Shown one piece after another: positions 8,184 through 17,215 of a DNA stretch of 64,000 nucleotides; within the stretch, counting starts at the first letter, position 1; the number at the start of each line of letters is the position of its first letter. A program made the translations under genes and the position numbers. A model generated the notes under the pieces. It saw only the letters and a program-made list of their open reading frames with translations, was not told where the DNA came from and did no database searches. The stretch is from a virus (taxonomy: Duplodnaviria > Caudoviricetes): IMG/VR virus record IMGVR_UViG_3300020112_000604, positions 119,721-183,720 of that record, one strand, 5' to 3'.

Positions 8184-9925
8184 TAGAATTCCATCTTTTC
8201 GTTTAGTTTAGAATCCCATTCATTGTCAGGACAGTTTGTAAGAGTATAAAGACAGAGAATACCTTCTTTAGATATACTCTTAGCAGAGTTACCATCAAGA
8301 CTATGTAAGCATCCCTTAGAATGCAAGAACTTCTTGAGTTCATTGTTGGCTTCAAGTGAATATACAGGCTTGCAAGTTACCGTGTCGCCGTCAAAGTCGC
8401 CCCCGGCACATCCGATAGTAGGGTTGGAGCCCGTGATTGTGTCGTTGAATAATGTAGATGTATTCTTACCGATCATTGATGCGTCGATGTCTGGATACCA
8501 TCTATAATACTTGCCGTTTACGATACGCGGTGTTGTTGTAGCTGTAGTTCTTACACGAACCATCTGAGGGAACTGGTTGAAGTATGAGTCCATAGGGAAT
8601 CGTGTAAGTACAACACATTTATCCTCAGTCATCTCGACTGCAGCCTGATACAGTAAATCTGCCCAAGTCAATGGACGATTTGAAATGCTTAAAGCCTCAC
8701 GTTCTGCTCCGCTCATATTCTGCCAGTCTTTGAGTTTGATAGATTTATCGAGACCCTTAGAAGTCATAGCCATATAAACGTTTCCGCTCTTATTGACAGA
8801 CTTAATAATACCAGCTTCATCAGCCATTTTAGTAAGAGCGGCTTTGTCCACTGGCACTGGTACAGGAATAAGACGATTGAAACGACCCTTAACGAAACGG
8901 TCTATCTGTGATTCCAGATATGCATCTGAAAACATAACCTGATAATCCTGTATAGGTACGGAGATAACCTTTACTCCATCCTTGGTCTGAATCTGAATAG
9001 GATAGAAATTACGTCCAGCGAATTCGTTCTCGAAGAAGTTTCTTAACCAGAACATGATGAATGGCTTAAAGCATGTAATAGCAATCGCTAATGGGATTGC
9101 TGCATGGTCCATGTCAACAAACATGTCGTCAAGGTCTTCACACTTATTATCTGGAGCTGTGATTACAGAACGACAACAGAAGTCTGTTGTCTTAGACATG
9201 ATACCACGTCTGATAATACCTGTCTTACCAGGAAGATTCTTTGAAGTCTTTTCGGAACCAATTGTTGTACCGTTACCGAACCAGTCGAATATCGATACGA
9301 TTGTGTCCTGAATACGTCCAGCAGATGTGTCTAATAATGTAAGACCATAATCTGCAGACTGTTTGTACTGATTAGTAGCCATTATAAGCTGTTGATACAG
9401 TGAGTTAAGTTCACCAATACCAACACCCTTTGCTGTTGTAACAACGTCACGATATCCCGGAGGAATTACCGGAAGCTTTGAAATCCAGAGTAATTTCTTC
9501 TTGTTTATCATGTCGATGAATGCAGCCTTATCTTGAGCTGCTTCTGTTGTGGAGTTAGTCCACTTGATTTTATCGAAGTTTTTACGGAGCCATTTGATAC
9601 CGGTTCCGCCATTATCGTCTTCAACAAGATTTCCATTTTCATCTATAGAAAACTGCTGAATGCCATGAACAATCGCTCTAACCTTTCCGTTAATGCGACA
9701 TAAACTTTTATAGCATAATGGATTCATGAATTCGCCGCCGAGATCGATGTAAGCGTATATTCCGTATCTTTCCGAATGTGTTATACCAAAGATTTCATCA
9801 GACAGAAGACCGTCTGGTGTAGGTTTATTGGAATTGAGGAACACTACCGGATTGGTAATGCACTTACAATCATTGACTTTAACGAATCGATCGACATCCA
9901 TTATTGTACCATTAAATCGTTTCAT
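8183..9925 (-). CDS. rpoC: Phage multisubunit RNA polymerase beta' N-terminal subunit (catalytic), probably virion RNAP
   Basis: GLLSDEIFG, YIDL, LPVIPPGYRD, GKTGIIRR..K..D...RSVI, RFP and GGDFDGD motifs; ends shortly after the active site, as in split phiKZ/AR9 beta'. Confidence 0.92.
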   Translation of the reverse strand: MKRFNGTIMDVDRFVKVNDCKCITNPVVFLNSNKPTPDGLLSDEIFGITHSERYGIYAYIDLGGEFMNPLCYKSLCRINGKVRAIVHGIQQFSIDENGNLVEDDNGGTGIKWLRKNFDKIKWTNSTTEAAQDKAAFIDMINKKKLLWISKLPVIPPGYRDVVTTAKGVGIGELNSLYQQLIMATNQYKQSADYGLTLLDTSAGRIQDTIVSIFDWFGNGTTIGSEKTSKNLPGKTGIIRRGIMSKTTDFCCRSVITAPDNKCEDLDDMFVDMDHAAIPLAIAITCFKPFIMFWLRNFFENEFAGRNFYPIQIQTKDGVKVISVPIQDYQVMFSDAYLESQIDRFVKGRFNRLIPVPVPVDKAALTKMADEAGIIKSVNKSGNVYMAMTSKGLDKSIKLKDWQNMSGAEREALSISNRPLTWADLLYQAAVEMTEDKCVVLTRFPMDSYFNQFPQMVRVRTTATTTPRIVNGKYYRWYPDIDASMIGKNTSTLFNDTITGSNPTIGCAGGDFDGDTVTCKPVYSLEANNELKKFLHSKGCLHSLDGNSAKSISKEGILCLYTLTNCPDNEWDSKLNEKMEF

Positions 9926-9949
9926 ATCGACACAGCACCTCCTTATTAT

Positions 9950-9961
9950 TACATTAAAGTT
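9950..9961 (-). promoter_or_regulatory. Late-type promoter AACT-N6-TA for the RNAP gene
   Basis: AACTTTAATGTA directly after hairpin 9961-9987. Confidence 0.6.
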
Positions 9962-9987
9962 CCCGGCAGGACCATATCCTGCCGGGA
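9961..9987 (-). terminator. Hairpin/terminator
   Basis: TCCCGGCAGGA/TCCTGCCGGGA perfect stem. Confidence 0.6.
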
Positions 9988-9997
9988 CTGTAATAAT

Positions 9998-10315
9998 TTA
10001 TATTATATCAGTGTCTATCATTGAGATTATGTACCGGTCGTTTTTGACAGATGTCTTAACCAGTATATTTCTTCCATAAGCCATTACCACAGGAACTGTT
10101 AGTGCAGCTTGGATGTATTCTTTGAGTTTAGCATCTATACCAATGATAATGTATTCGATACCGCCCGTATCGCATATATTAACACCGATTGATGCTGGTG
10201 CATTTTGACCGAGTAAATCGTACAGTATTACTGTTTCCGGCATATGGTTATGTAAGTAATCCGGAAATGTCATATTGTTTAATTGCAATCTTCGGCCGAA
10301 ATCAACAAGAGTCAT
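9998..10315 (-). CDS. Hypothetical protein (start moved to 10315)
   Basis: GGAAAGGAGG SD precedes ATG at 10315. Confidence 0.7.
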   Translation of the reverse strand: MTLVDFGRRLQLNNMTFPDYLHNHMPETVILYDLLGQNAPASIGVNICDTGGIEYIIIGIDAKLKEYIQAALTVPVVMAYGRNILVKTSVKNDRYIISMIDTDII

Positions 10316-10331
10316 ATTATGCCCTCCTTTC

Positions 10332-10514
10332 CTAGAATCCCTCCATAGCATCTTGAACGGCTTCTGAGGCAGCTGCATCTTGTCCCTCTTTAGACTTTAA
10401 TGCAGTGAGAGCATCATGGAATAGTTTACTGAGCATACCAGCAGGTAGGTTCATCAACTCTAAGAAAGATATGCGGGCTTTGTAAAACCCGCTTATACTT
10501 TCACAGATATTCAT
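10332..10514 (-). CDS. Small T4 gp51-like / tail-chaperone partner ORF
   Basis: ATGA overlap with the upstream gene; ISFLELMNLP motif. Confidence 0.5.
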   Translation of the reverse strand: MNICESISGFYKARISFLELMNLPAGMLSKLFHDALTALKSKEGQDAAASEAVQDAMEGF

Positions 10515-12301
10515 GAGTTCATCAAACGAACGAGCTGGTAACGGGTAAAAAGCATTGACGATGGATCTGCGTACATCTTTTCAATTTTCTTTTTACACTT
10601 TGGACAGATAGCTGATGGGTAGATGTATCTGATTGCATCTGTTGGTCTGTCATAGTCGTCAGTCTTCTTAATGAGAACTTCTCTCTGGTCATTTGTAAGA
10701 GAAGTCTTAATGATATTGCCGAGGTCACGGAGACGGCTCTTAGCAGCCTTACGAGTATCGTCTGGATATTCCTTGAACTTAACCGGAACGAGTGAGTTTG
10801 AAGCCTTATCAATATAGTATACCTCGTAGATGTACTGTGTGATAGAGATAAGGTCCATATACTTGTTAGCAAAGTCCATATCGAGAGCTGCAATTTCGGC
10901 AATCTTTTCGAGTGTTGGTGCACCCATTGTGACAGCGTATTCTGCAGAAATCTGAACAAGGTCTCTCTGTGGTTCGAGACAAGCATCTGGATTGAGATGC
11001 ATAATCTGATCGAAGCGTTCTTTCCACTGTGGGTCGTCGTCGCTGAATTCGATCATTTCTTCAACGTTCTTGATTTCCGGCCATACTTCCTTACACTTAT
11101 CCTTATCGTTGTTGCATTCGTATGAAAGGATATTACCTACCTGGCCATATGTAGCCTTATACGCAGCGAAGATAAGGTCATCAACGTCTGCCCAGTATAT
11201 AGTCTTAGTCCATTCATTGAATGTAGACGGCTTAGGTGAAACGATATGGTTGTATATCATTTCAAGTAAAGATACGTAGTAAGCGAAAGTAGAGATTGTA
11301 AGAGCTGTCTGTCTTGCATTGCCTCTGTAGTTTCTGTTTGTAATGTACTTTAACTGTTCGAGGTAACTAGGATCGAAGCTAGCGATCTCCGGACCGTCAA
11401 ATGCAGTTAAAGTGATTGCACGTCCTGATGTAAGGAGTGCGTGTGTAGCAGTGGTTGTAGGAATCTTTGTGTATCCTGCAGCCTTTGATGCTGACATAGT
11501 TTTTGTTGAGATAGACATTTTTGAAAGGTCAACGACATCGTTCTCAGGAATGATATTGAGAAGAGACTTAACCTCACTGATATATTTCTGTTTACGAGCT
11601 TCGAATTCTTCTTCGCTTTCTTCCTCGTCCTCGTCTTCAGATTCTTCTTCGTCGTCGAGGTCAGCAAAGTCACGTTCATCCATTTCGAAGTTAGGGTTTA
11701 CAGCATCTCTTACTGGAAGTTCTTCAAGCTTCTCTTCAGATTCAGTTTCTTCGGCAGGAACTGGTTCTGGAGCAGGAGTTGGCTCGAATGTCTGGCCAGG
11801 AACGAATTCGTTCGGATCATCTTCTTCAGGTTCAACTTCTTCTGGACGTTCTGCTGCTGCCGGTGTAGCCGCCTGTGGAATAGATGGTGCTGCTGATGGC
11901 TTTGTCATTCCAGGAACGAATTCAGCCTGACGGTTTTCAACTTCTGAATCGAGGTTTGGGTTGAAATTCATTGCATGCTTTTCAAGTTCAGCATCAGTGA
12001 TATTTCCTTCAGCTCTGAGTTCTTCACCTTTCTGCTTAATCTGAAGCAGCTCTGCGTTGAATCCTGTGAGAGCAACGTCCATTGTGTCCATGGCTTCAGC
12101 AACCATGGCATTGCTTGTCATTGTTGCGGGTTCATCTGCTTTATCTGTGACGATAACTTTTTCTTTTACAGCGTCACCGCTGAGGATGTCTCCAAATCCG
12201 CCTGTAGGTACTGCCATTACTAAATCTCCTTCTGCAGGTGCAGCAGGTGTTGTAACAGCTTCTTCTGTTGGTTCAATACCTTTTAATTCGTCGAGTTTCA
12301 T
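10511..12301 (-). CDS. T4 gp26-like baseplate hub / tail assembly protein with long acidic N-terminus
   Basis: DDLIFAAYKATY, C-x6-C and CPKC motifs; ends MLFTR; next to gp25-like gene. Confidence 0.5.
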   Translation of the reverse strand: MKLDELKGIEPTEEAVTTPAAPAEGDLVMAVPTGGFGDILSGDAVKEKVIVTDKADEPATMTSNAMVAEAMDTMDVALTGFNAELLQIKQKGEELRAEGNITDAELEKHAMNFNPNLDSEVENRQAEFVPGMTKPSAAPSIPQAATPAAAERPEEVEPEEDDPNEFVPGQTFEPTPAPEPVPAEETESEEKLEELPVRDAVNPNFEMDERDFADLDDEEESEDEDEEESEEEFEARKQKYISEVKSLLNIIPENDVVDLSKMSISTKTMSASKAAGYTKIPTTTATHALLTSGRAITLTAFDGPEIASFDPSYLEQLKYITNRNYRGNARQTALTISTFAYYVSLLEMIYNHIVSPKPSTFNEWTKTIYWADVDDLIFAAYKATYGQVGNILSYECNNDKDKCKEVWPEIKNVEEMIEFSDDDPQWKERFDQIMHLNPDACLEPQRDLVQISAEYAVTMGAPTLEKIAEIAALDMDFANKYMDLISITQYIYEVYYIDKASNSLVPVKFKEYPDDTRKAAKSRLRDLGNIIKTSLTNDQREVLIKKTDDYDRPTDAIRYIYPSAICPKCKKKIEKMYADPSSMLFTRYQLVRLMNS

Positions 12302-12316
12302 GTGTACTTTTCCTCC

Positions 12317-12694
12317 TTAAATTAATGAATCGAGAGTCTTTCGGGTGTTCTCATCCACGAGAACTTTCATTGATGACATCAGAGATGACACCGTAATTTG
12401 TATTGTGTTTGTGTTGTCCAGGTTCTTGATAATGGTTACGTGAACCTGAGGATCTATCAGATGCGGCATAAACCGCTCAATCTGACGTTTAATGTCATTT
12501 GCCAATGAAGCCTTTATAGCTTCACAGTCTTTGTATCGGTATTTAGATACCAAGCCAACACCCAATGTAGGATGTGATGGATAGGTTCCCGGTTCCATCA
12601 TTATAAGTCTTACGATATTGATTTTATCGCCCTCAATACCTTCGAAAACCTTAGCTTCCTGTTTACGAGTAACACTCAATACGTGCTCGTCCAT
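12317..12694 (-). CDS. gp25-like baseplate wedge protein (start moved to 12694)
   Basis: LIMMEPGTYPSHPTLGVGL...IKRQIERFMP matches the gp25/GPW pattern. Confidence 0.65.
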   Translation of the reverse strand: MDEHVLSVTRKQEAKVFEGIEGDKINIVRLIMMEPGTYPSHPTLGVGLVSKYRYKDCEAIKASLANDIKRQIERFMPHLIDPQVHVTIIKNLDNTNTIQITVSSLMSSMKVLVDENTRKTLDSLI

Positions 12695-12722
12695 ATGAAG
12701 CCCTCCTTTCAAATATTGCTAT

Positions 12723-12747
12723 TAATTACTTGTTTGTTATGGTGTAA
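12723..12747 (-). promoter_or_regulatory. Promoter TTACACC-N6-AACA-N6-TA
   Basis: TTACACC ATAACA AACA AGTAAT TA. Confidence 0.6.
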
Positions 12748-12783
12748 TGTTCTATGGGTAAATTTTTACATAGGCTTATACGA

Positions 12784-12795
12784 AACATTTACATA
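12784..12795 (+). promoter_or_regulatory. Late-type promoter AACA-N6-TA (divergent)
   Basis: AACATTTACATA. Confidence 0.6.
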
Positions 12796-12822
12796 ATCTT
12801 GTACGAAAGGAAGGTGATTACA

Positions 12823-14250
12823 ATGGGCAGAAAATACAGATGTGTTTACTGTCAGAAGCCGTTAGAACGTGCAGATCTTATCAAGCATATTGACAGAAAT
12901 CATATGGACATGGTACCAAAAGAGTACCCTGTTGAAAGGCTTGTGTTTGATATTTGCAATAATAAAGATGTCGGACATGGTCACGGCATCTGTAATATAT
13001 GCAAAGGTCCTACTGAGTGGGATGACAAATCTGGACGATATAAAGTATACTGTTCGGATAAATGCCGTTCAATCATGAGAGAGAACGCCGTCAAGAATAT
13101 GATTAAGGTACATGGCAAAAGCACACTTCTTAATGATATAGAGCATCAGGAGAAGATGCTTGCTGCAAGAAAGATATCTGGTAAATACAAGTTTACTGAT
13201 GGTGGCGTATGTACTTATACCGGTTCGTATGAACACAAGCTTCTTGAATTCATGGACAAAGTACTTCATATTACATCTGATGACTTAGTTGTGCCAGGTC
13301 CAGTAATAGAATATGACTTCAAAGGTGAAAAGAAGAAATACATCACAGATTTCTTCTACATTCCATACAATCTTATCATCGAGGTTAAAGACGGTGGTGA
13401 CAATCCGAACAAGGCTGTTGACCAGTCTGAAGTGCGTGAGAAGACTCATGCTAAAGAAGATGCAATTGTTAAACTCGGAAAGTATAACTATCTCCGTTTA
13501 ACAAACAACAACTTCATGCAGCTTCTTGATACATTCATCGAGCTCAAAGAAAAGTCTATTGACAACGATGAATCCAAGACATATTCTATCAACGAATACT
13601 GTGCCAATACTCCAATGGTTGGATTCAATGGCCCAGTGCAGCAGGACGTACTTGCACGTCCATTATTCATAACACATTGCTTTGATGCTGAAGTCAAGAG
13701 AGACCAGTATCTGTTATCTAACGACGTTGTTAGCCCGAATGTAATGTGTGTTAATGATGACGGTAAACTTGAAAAGAAACCATCATCAGAATTCAAAAGT
13801 TCCCGTTGCAATATCTACAAGTATGTCGGCAAAAAGTCTGCAGACATTCTCTCGGAGGTATATGCTGCATATAAAAACAATACTCTTGTGAAAGAAAACT
13901 ATCTGGCTGAACTAGTTACAGAATCTTTAATCCTTGAACCAGATCAGCTTAAGTGCTGTGCTTTGCTCGAGGAAGTACAGCTGGTTAGTGATTCAGCAAA
14001 TAGCAGTATGACTACATTCTTAACAGAAGCTGCTAGACTGAAAGATTCTAACAAAGTTGTAGATTTCGCAGTATTGGATGTCAACCTTTATGACATCAAG
14101 AATGCAATGCTTGAAAACTACGAGAATATTGACATACGGGAAGATGTTAATGGATACTTCGCAGTTAACACCAAGACTCACTGTAGAACTATAAGTGTAA
14201 GAGACTTTGATTCTATCAGTGAATCTATGATCAATTCCATAGTTTTATAA
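12823..14250 (+). CDS. Zn-finger plus TnsA-like (PD-(D/E)xK) head-completion nuclease
   Basis: CxxC..H..H and CxxC..CxxxC motifs; GSYE...YITDF...IIEVK nuclease motif; SD supports ATG 12823. Confidence 0.65.
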   Translation: MGRKYRCVYCQKPLERADLIKHIDRNHMDMVPKEYPVERLVFDICNNKDVGHGHGICNICKGPTEWDDKSGRYKVYCSDKCRSIMRENAVKNMIKVHGKSTLLNDIEHQEKMLAARKISGKYKFTDGGVCTYTGSYEHKLLEFMDKVLHITSDDLVVPGPVIEYDFKGEKKKYITDFFYIPYNLIIEVKDGGDNPNKAVDQSEVREKTHAKEDAIVKLGKYNYLRLTNNNFMQLLDTFIELKEKSIDNDESKTYSINEYCANTPMVGFNGPVQQDVLARPLFITHCFDAEVKRDQYLLSNDVVSPNVMCVNDDGKLEKKPSSEFKSSRCNIYKYVGKKSADILSEVYAAYKNNTLVKENYLAELVTESLILEPDQLKCCALLEEVQLVSDSANSSMTTFLTEAARLKDSNKVVDFAVLDVNLYDIKNAMLENYENIDIREDVNGYFAVNTKTHCRTISVRDFDSISESMINSIVL

Positions 14251-14263
14251 AGGAGGACATACT

Positions 14264-14776
14264 ATGAACTTATTTGCATTTAACGTAGCTGACCTTTTAA
14301 AGAAGGCTGCTGAATCTGATGGTTCAGCTCAGGACTCAGTATGGACAGCTGATATCAGAAAGAACTTCCAGGACACACTCGCAGGATTCCCAACTGTAGC
14401 TAAGTGCTGCAAGGAATCATTCAACTGGACACCAGAAATGGTACCTGTAATCTGTGCAGAAAACATCGAAGAAAGCACAGAACCGAAGACTGAATACTAT
14501 GTAGAACTCGAAATGGTTGCTAAGCTTGCTGACTCAAAGCAGACAGGCATTGCAGAAGCATTCTTCATGGTTCAGAACTACATCGAAGAACAGGCTGGTG
14601 AAGAGGCTGCTAACGAAACATACCTCGTTATCAGAAACGAATCAGAAATGCTTCTTCAGGAAGCTGCTGACGCTGCTGGTTCAAGACTTGAAGACATCAA
14701 GTACAACGGACTTAAGGCTACAACAGATATCCTTAACGACCTCGTAGCAAAGGCTGTACCGATTAAGACAATGTAA
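14264..14776 (+). CDS. Acidic hypothetical (probable head/prohead) protein
   Basis: AAGGAGG SD; biased codon usage; AxE sites. Confidence 0.65.
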   Translation: MNLFAFNVADLLKKAAESDGSAQDSVWTADIRKNFQDTLAGFPTVAKCCKESFNWTPEMVPVICAENIEESTEPKTEYYVELEMVAKLADSKQTGIAEAFFMVQNYIEEQAGEEAANETYLVIRNESEMLLQEAADAAGSRLEDIKYNGLKATTDILNDLVAKAVPIKTM

Positions 14777-14787
14777 TCACAAAAGAT

Positions 14788-14813
14788 TCCCCGTAGGATT
14801 AATCCTACGGGGA
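14788..14813. terminator. Bidirectional terminator, GTAGG/CCTAC family
   Basis: TCCCCGTAGGAT/ATCCTACGGGGA between convergent genes. Confidence 0.8.
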
Positions 14814-14823
14814 GTTTATTTGT

Positions 14824-15633
14824 TTACTTGATATCCGGCATTGGAGCACCGTTTTCTGAACCTCGTACTGCAATATAGCAACCCTGTAATACCTGTATCA
14901 TTGCTGTTATATATTCATTAGCAAATGCCATAGGACTAAATACTATTGTGTATATAGATGTCAAGAATGTTTCCGTGAATAACGGCATATCTAAATCATC
15001 CGTTACGTTGAGCTTACGAAGCTGGTCAACTATCTTACCAGCTCTGTCGTTAGCTGCTTTGTACCAAGTAGATAGCTTGGTGCTATAATCTTTTCCAGCT
15101 TTTTCGGTTATGTTAGAAAAGCATTCTGCCTTAATAGCTTCAGCTAAGTCGACACGGCGCTCTTTAACGTAAAACTGATTGCATAATATATCTATTCTGT
15201 TGATACTAGCACCGGCACGTTTAGATATAAGACTGCCATTATATTCAGCTTTAACTAAAGATTCGAGAGCGTCTATACCGTTATATTCGGTATTGTTCTT
15301 AAGACTATCTACTACCTTATCCATAATATCAAGACCCTTATCTGCTACACCGGTAACATGGTCTAAGTCCATTATAGGTTTATTAAATACAGTAACTTTA
15401 AGCGTACTTTCATACTTACCAGGATCCGTTTTGTATTCATTATACGCTTTTTCTAATGCAGTCATCTTTTCCTTGTTCTTACCAAAGAATTTTTCGATTA
15501 TTTTAAGAACCTTTTCTCGGGCCTTATCGAATAACTCCATGAGCTTTCCGAAAATCTTGATAACTTTCTCTTTGATTTTCTTTATATCAATTGATTCGTT
15601 AACGGCGAATGCGTCGACACTGAAATCTATCAT
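14824..15633 (-). CDS. Putative internal head protein (propeptide family)
   Basis: MIDFSVDAFAVNES followed by a Lys-rich amphipathic helix like the MDIALES paralogs. Confidence 0.55.
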   Translation of the reverse strand: MIDFSVDAFAVNESIDIKKIKEKVIKIFGKLMELFDKAREKVLKIIEKFFGKNKEKMTALEKAYNEYKTDPGKYESTLKVTVFNKPIMDLDHVTGVADKGLDIMDKVVDSLKNNTEYNGIDALESLVKAEYNGSLISKRAGASINRIDILCNQFYVKERRVDLAEAIKAECFSNITEKAGKDYSTKLSTWYKAANDRAGKIVDQLRKLNVTDDLDMPLFTETFLTSIYTIVFSPMAFANEYITAMIQVLQGCYIAVRGSENGAPMPDIK

Positions 15634-15657
15634 AATATAAAACCTCCTTTACAAATA

Positions 15658-15688
15658 AAGAGTCTGTACCATTTAGGTACAGACTCTT
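15658..15688 (-). terminator. Intrinsic terminator
   Basis: AAGAGTCTGTACC/GGTACAGACTCTT. Confidence 0.7.
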
Positions 15689-15695
15689 GTATTAA

Positions 15696-16589
15696 TTACT
15701 TGTTACGATTTTTCTTGTTCTTCTTGTTACCGTTGCCGTTGTTGTTAGGCTTAACTTCCTCAGAAGCAGCTTCTTCAGATACATCGTATTCTTTAACAGT
15801 TCCTGTCTCAGGTTCCACGGTTTCTTCTTCAACAGCATTTTCTTCACCTGATGATTCCTCAACTGCCGGTTCTTCGATAGTTGGAGCATCAGTTTCCGGC
15901 TCAGGTTCTGGGTCAGATACTGTTTCAGTTGGCTTATTCTCTTCAACTGTTCCGTTATAGTAGTCATGAATGATTGAACGCTTAGCAGCTTCAACAAATC
16001 TTGTGATTCTTGAAGCGAGTGTTCCGTCTTCAACTGTAACAGCATTGAATGCAGAAACGATATTGTTTATTGTTTCAGCATCTGTTGTTCTGCTAGCAAC
16101 AGCACGCATTACGATTGATTCGTACTGCATAACGATCTGCAGCTTGTTTGTAACTGTTTCGTCAGTGATGAATTCAATTACCTTAGCGTAGTCATTGATA
16201 TCAGATACAGACTTGTCGTTTGTGTTGTTAGGAATCTTATCAGCCGGTGTTAATGTGCTATGGCAAAGCTTGTTACCAGCAAACACTTCTTCAGCCTCAT
16301 CGATGTAACCAACGTTGATTGTCTTGAGGAATTCAAGATGCTTGTCGCTGAATACCTTGTTAGCTGTGTTTGTCATAAGAGCAATCTTTTCGGCTGAACG
16401 AACGCCTTCAGGTAATTCGTTTACTTTGATTCCATTACGGAGACATCTTGTGATGTCGTTAACTGTAGTACGAACCGGAACAGGTTTCATACCACTGATT
16501 TTTCCTGTAGAAAGAGCAATTGTTGCTCCACAAGGATTGATTTCTACAAACTTGTTAGTTGTAGTTTTAAGAATGATTTTCTTCTGCAT
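15696..16589 (-). CDS. Hypothetical protein with acidic low-complexity tail
   Basis: 297 aa; SD GGAGG; Glu/Pro-rich C-terminus ending in a basic tail. Confidence 0.7.
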   Translation of the reverse strand: MQKKIILKTTTNKFVEINPCGATIALSTGKISGMKPVPVRTTVNDITRCLRNGIKVNELPEGVRSAEKIALMTNTANKVFSDKHLEFLKTINVGYIDEAEEVFAGNKLCHSTLTPADKIPNNTNDKSVSDINDYAKVIEFITDETVTNKLQIVMQYESIVMRAVASRTTDAETINNIVSAFNAVTVEDGTLASRITRFVEAAKRSIIHDYYNGTVEENKPTETVSDPEPEPETDAPTIEEPAVEESSGEENAVEEETVEPETGTVKEYDVSEEAASEEVKPNNNGNGNKKNKKNRNK

Positions 16590-16604
16590 TGTGTTAACCC
16601 TCCA

Positions 16605-16958
16605 TTAAAATTCGTTTGCGGCTTCTTCGTATTCTTCCCAGGCGTCAAGTTCAGATTCTACATCTGTATCGTCACCTGCATCAGCGATTGAGTCAACAGC
16701 ATCGTCGTCGAATTCGTATTCGTCATCGATGTTATCGTCATCACCCTGTACGTATTCGTTCTCCATATCTTCCGGAGAAACGTCTGCACCGAATGAAATA
16801 GCTGAGTCAATATCAGAACCGTTAAGGCCTTCAACTGTATCAGATTTGAGTGTAGCTCTAGCAGCTATACATGCTTCTTCAACCGCATTTTCGAGATACG
16901 CACACTCTTCGATGGAAGCGTGTTCGCTATCGTTAATGATATCAAAAACATTTTCCAT
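16605..16958 (-). CDS. Highly acidic small protein (possible prohead core)
   Basis: 117 aa; Asp/Glu-rich. Confidence 0.65.
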   Translation of the reverse strand: MENVFDIINDSEHASIEECAYLENAVEEACIAARATLKSDTVEGLNGSDIDSAISFGADVSPEDMENEYVQGDDDNIDDEYEFDDDAVDSIADAGDDTDVESELDAWEEYEEAANEF

Positions 16959-16960
16959 GG

Positions 16961-17179
16961 TTATACCTCCTCATCAAGTCTTTCTCTTAATTCACATATA
17001 AGTTCGTCTTTGGCAGTTTTTTCTTTTACACCGAAAAGATCAGCTGATTCTGTTACAGAACCAGATTCTGCTTCTTCAATAAGTGAATCGACACAGTCAA
17101 TTCTATCTACAGCTCCCAAAGCATCTTCTACTTCAAAGTCATGTATGCTTTCGGAAAGTACTTCATCAACAGTCTTCAT
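16961..17179 (-). CDS. Acidic small protein
   Basis: 72 aa; SD AAGGAGG; late promoter at 17204-17215. Confidence 0.65.
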   Translation of the reverse strand: MKTVDEVLSESIHDFEVEDALGAVDRIDCVDSLIEEAESGSVTESADLFGVKEKTAKDELICELRERLDEEV

Positions 17180-17203
17180 AGTATGGTACCTCCTTATTAT
17201 TTT

Positions 17204-17215
17204 TATTATGATGTT
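17204..17215 (-). promoter_or_regulatory. Late-type promoter AACA-N6-TA
   Basis: AACATCATAATA. Confidence 0.55.

Noticed and set aside
12823-14250. Tn7 TnsA transposase or mobile element
   Set aside because: No other tns genes or terminal repeats; late promoter and context fit a head-completion nuclease.
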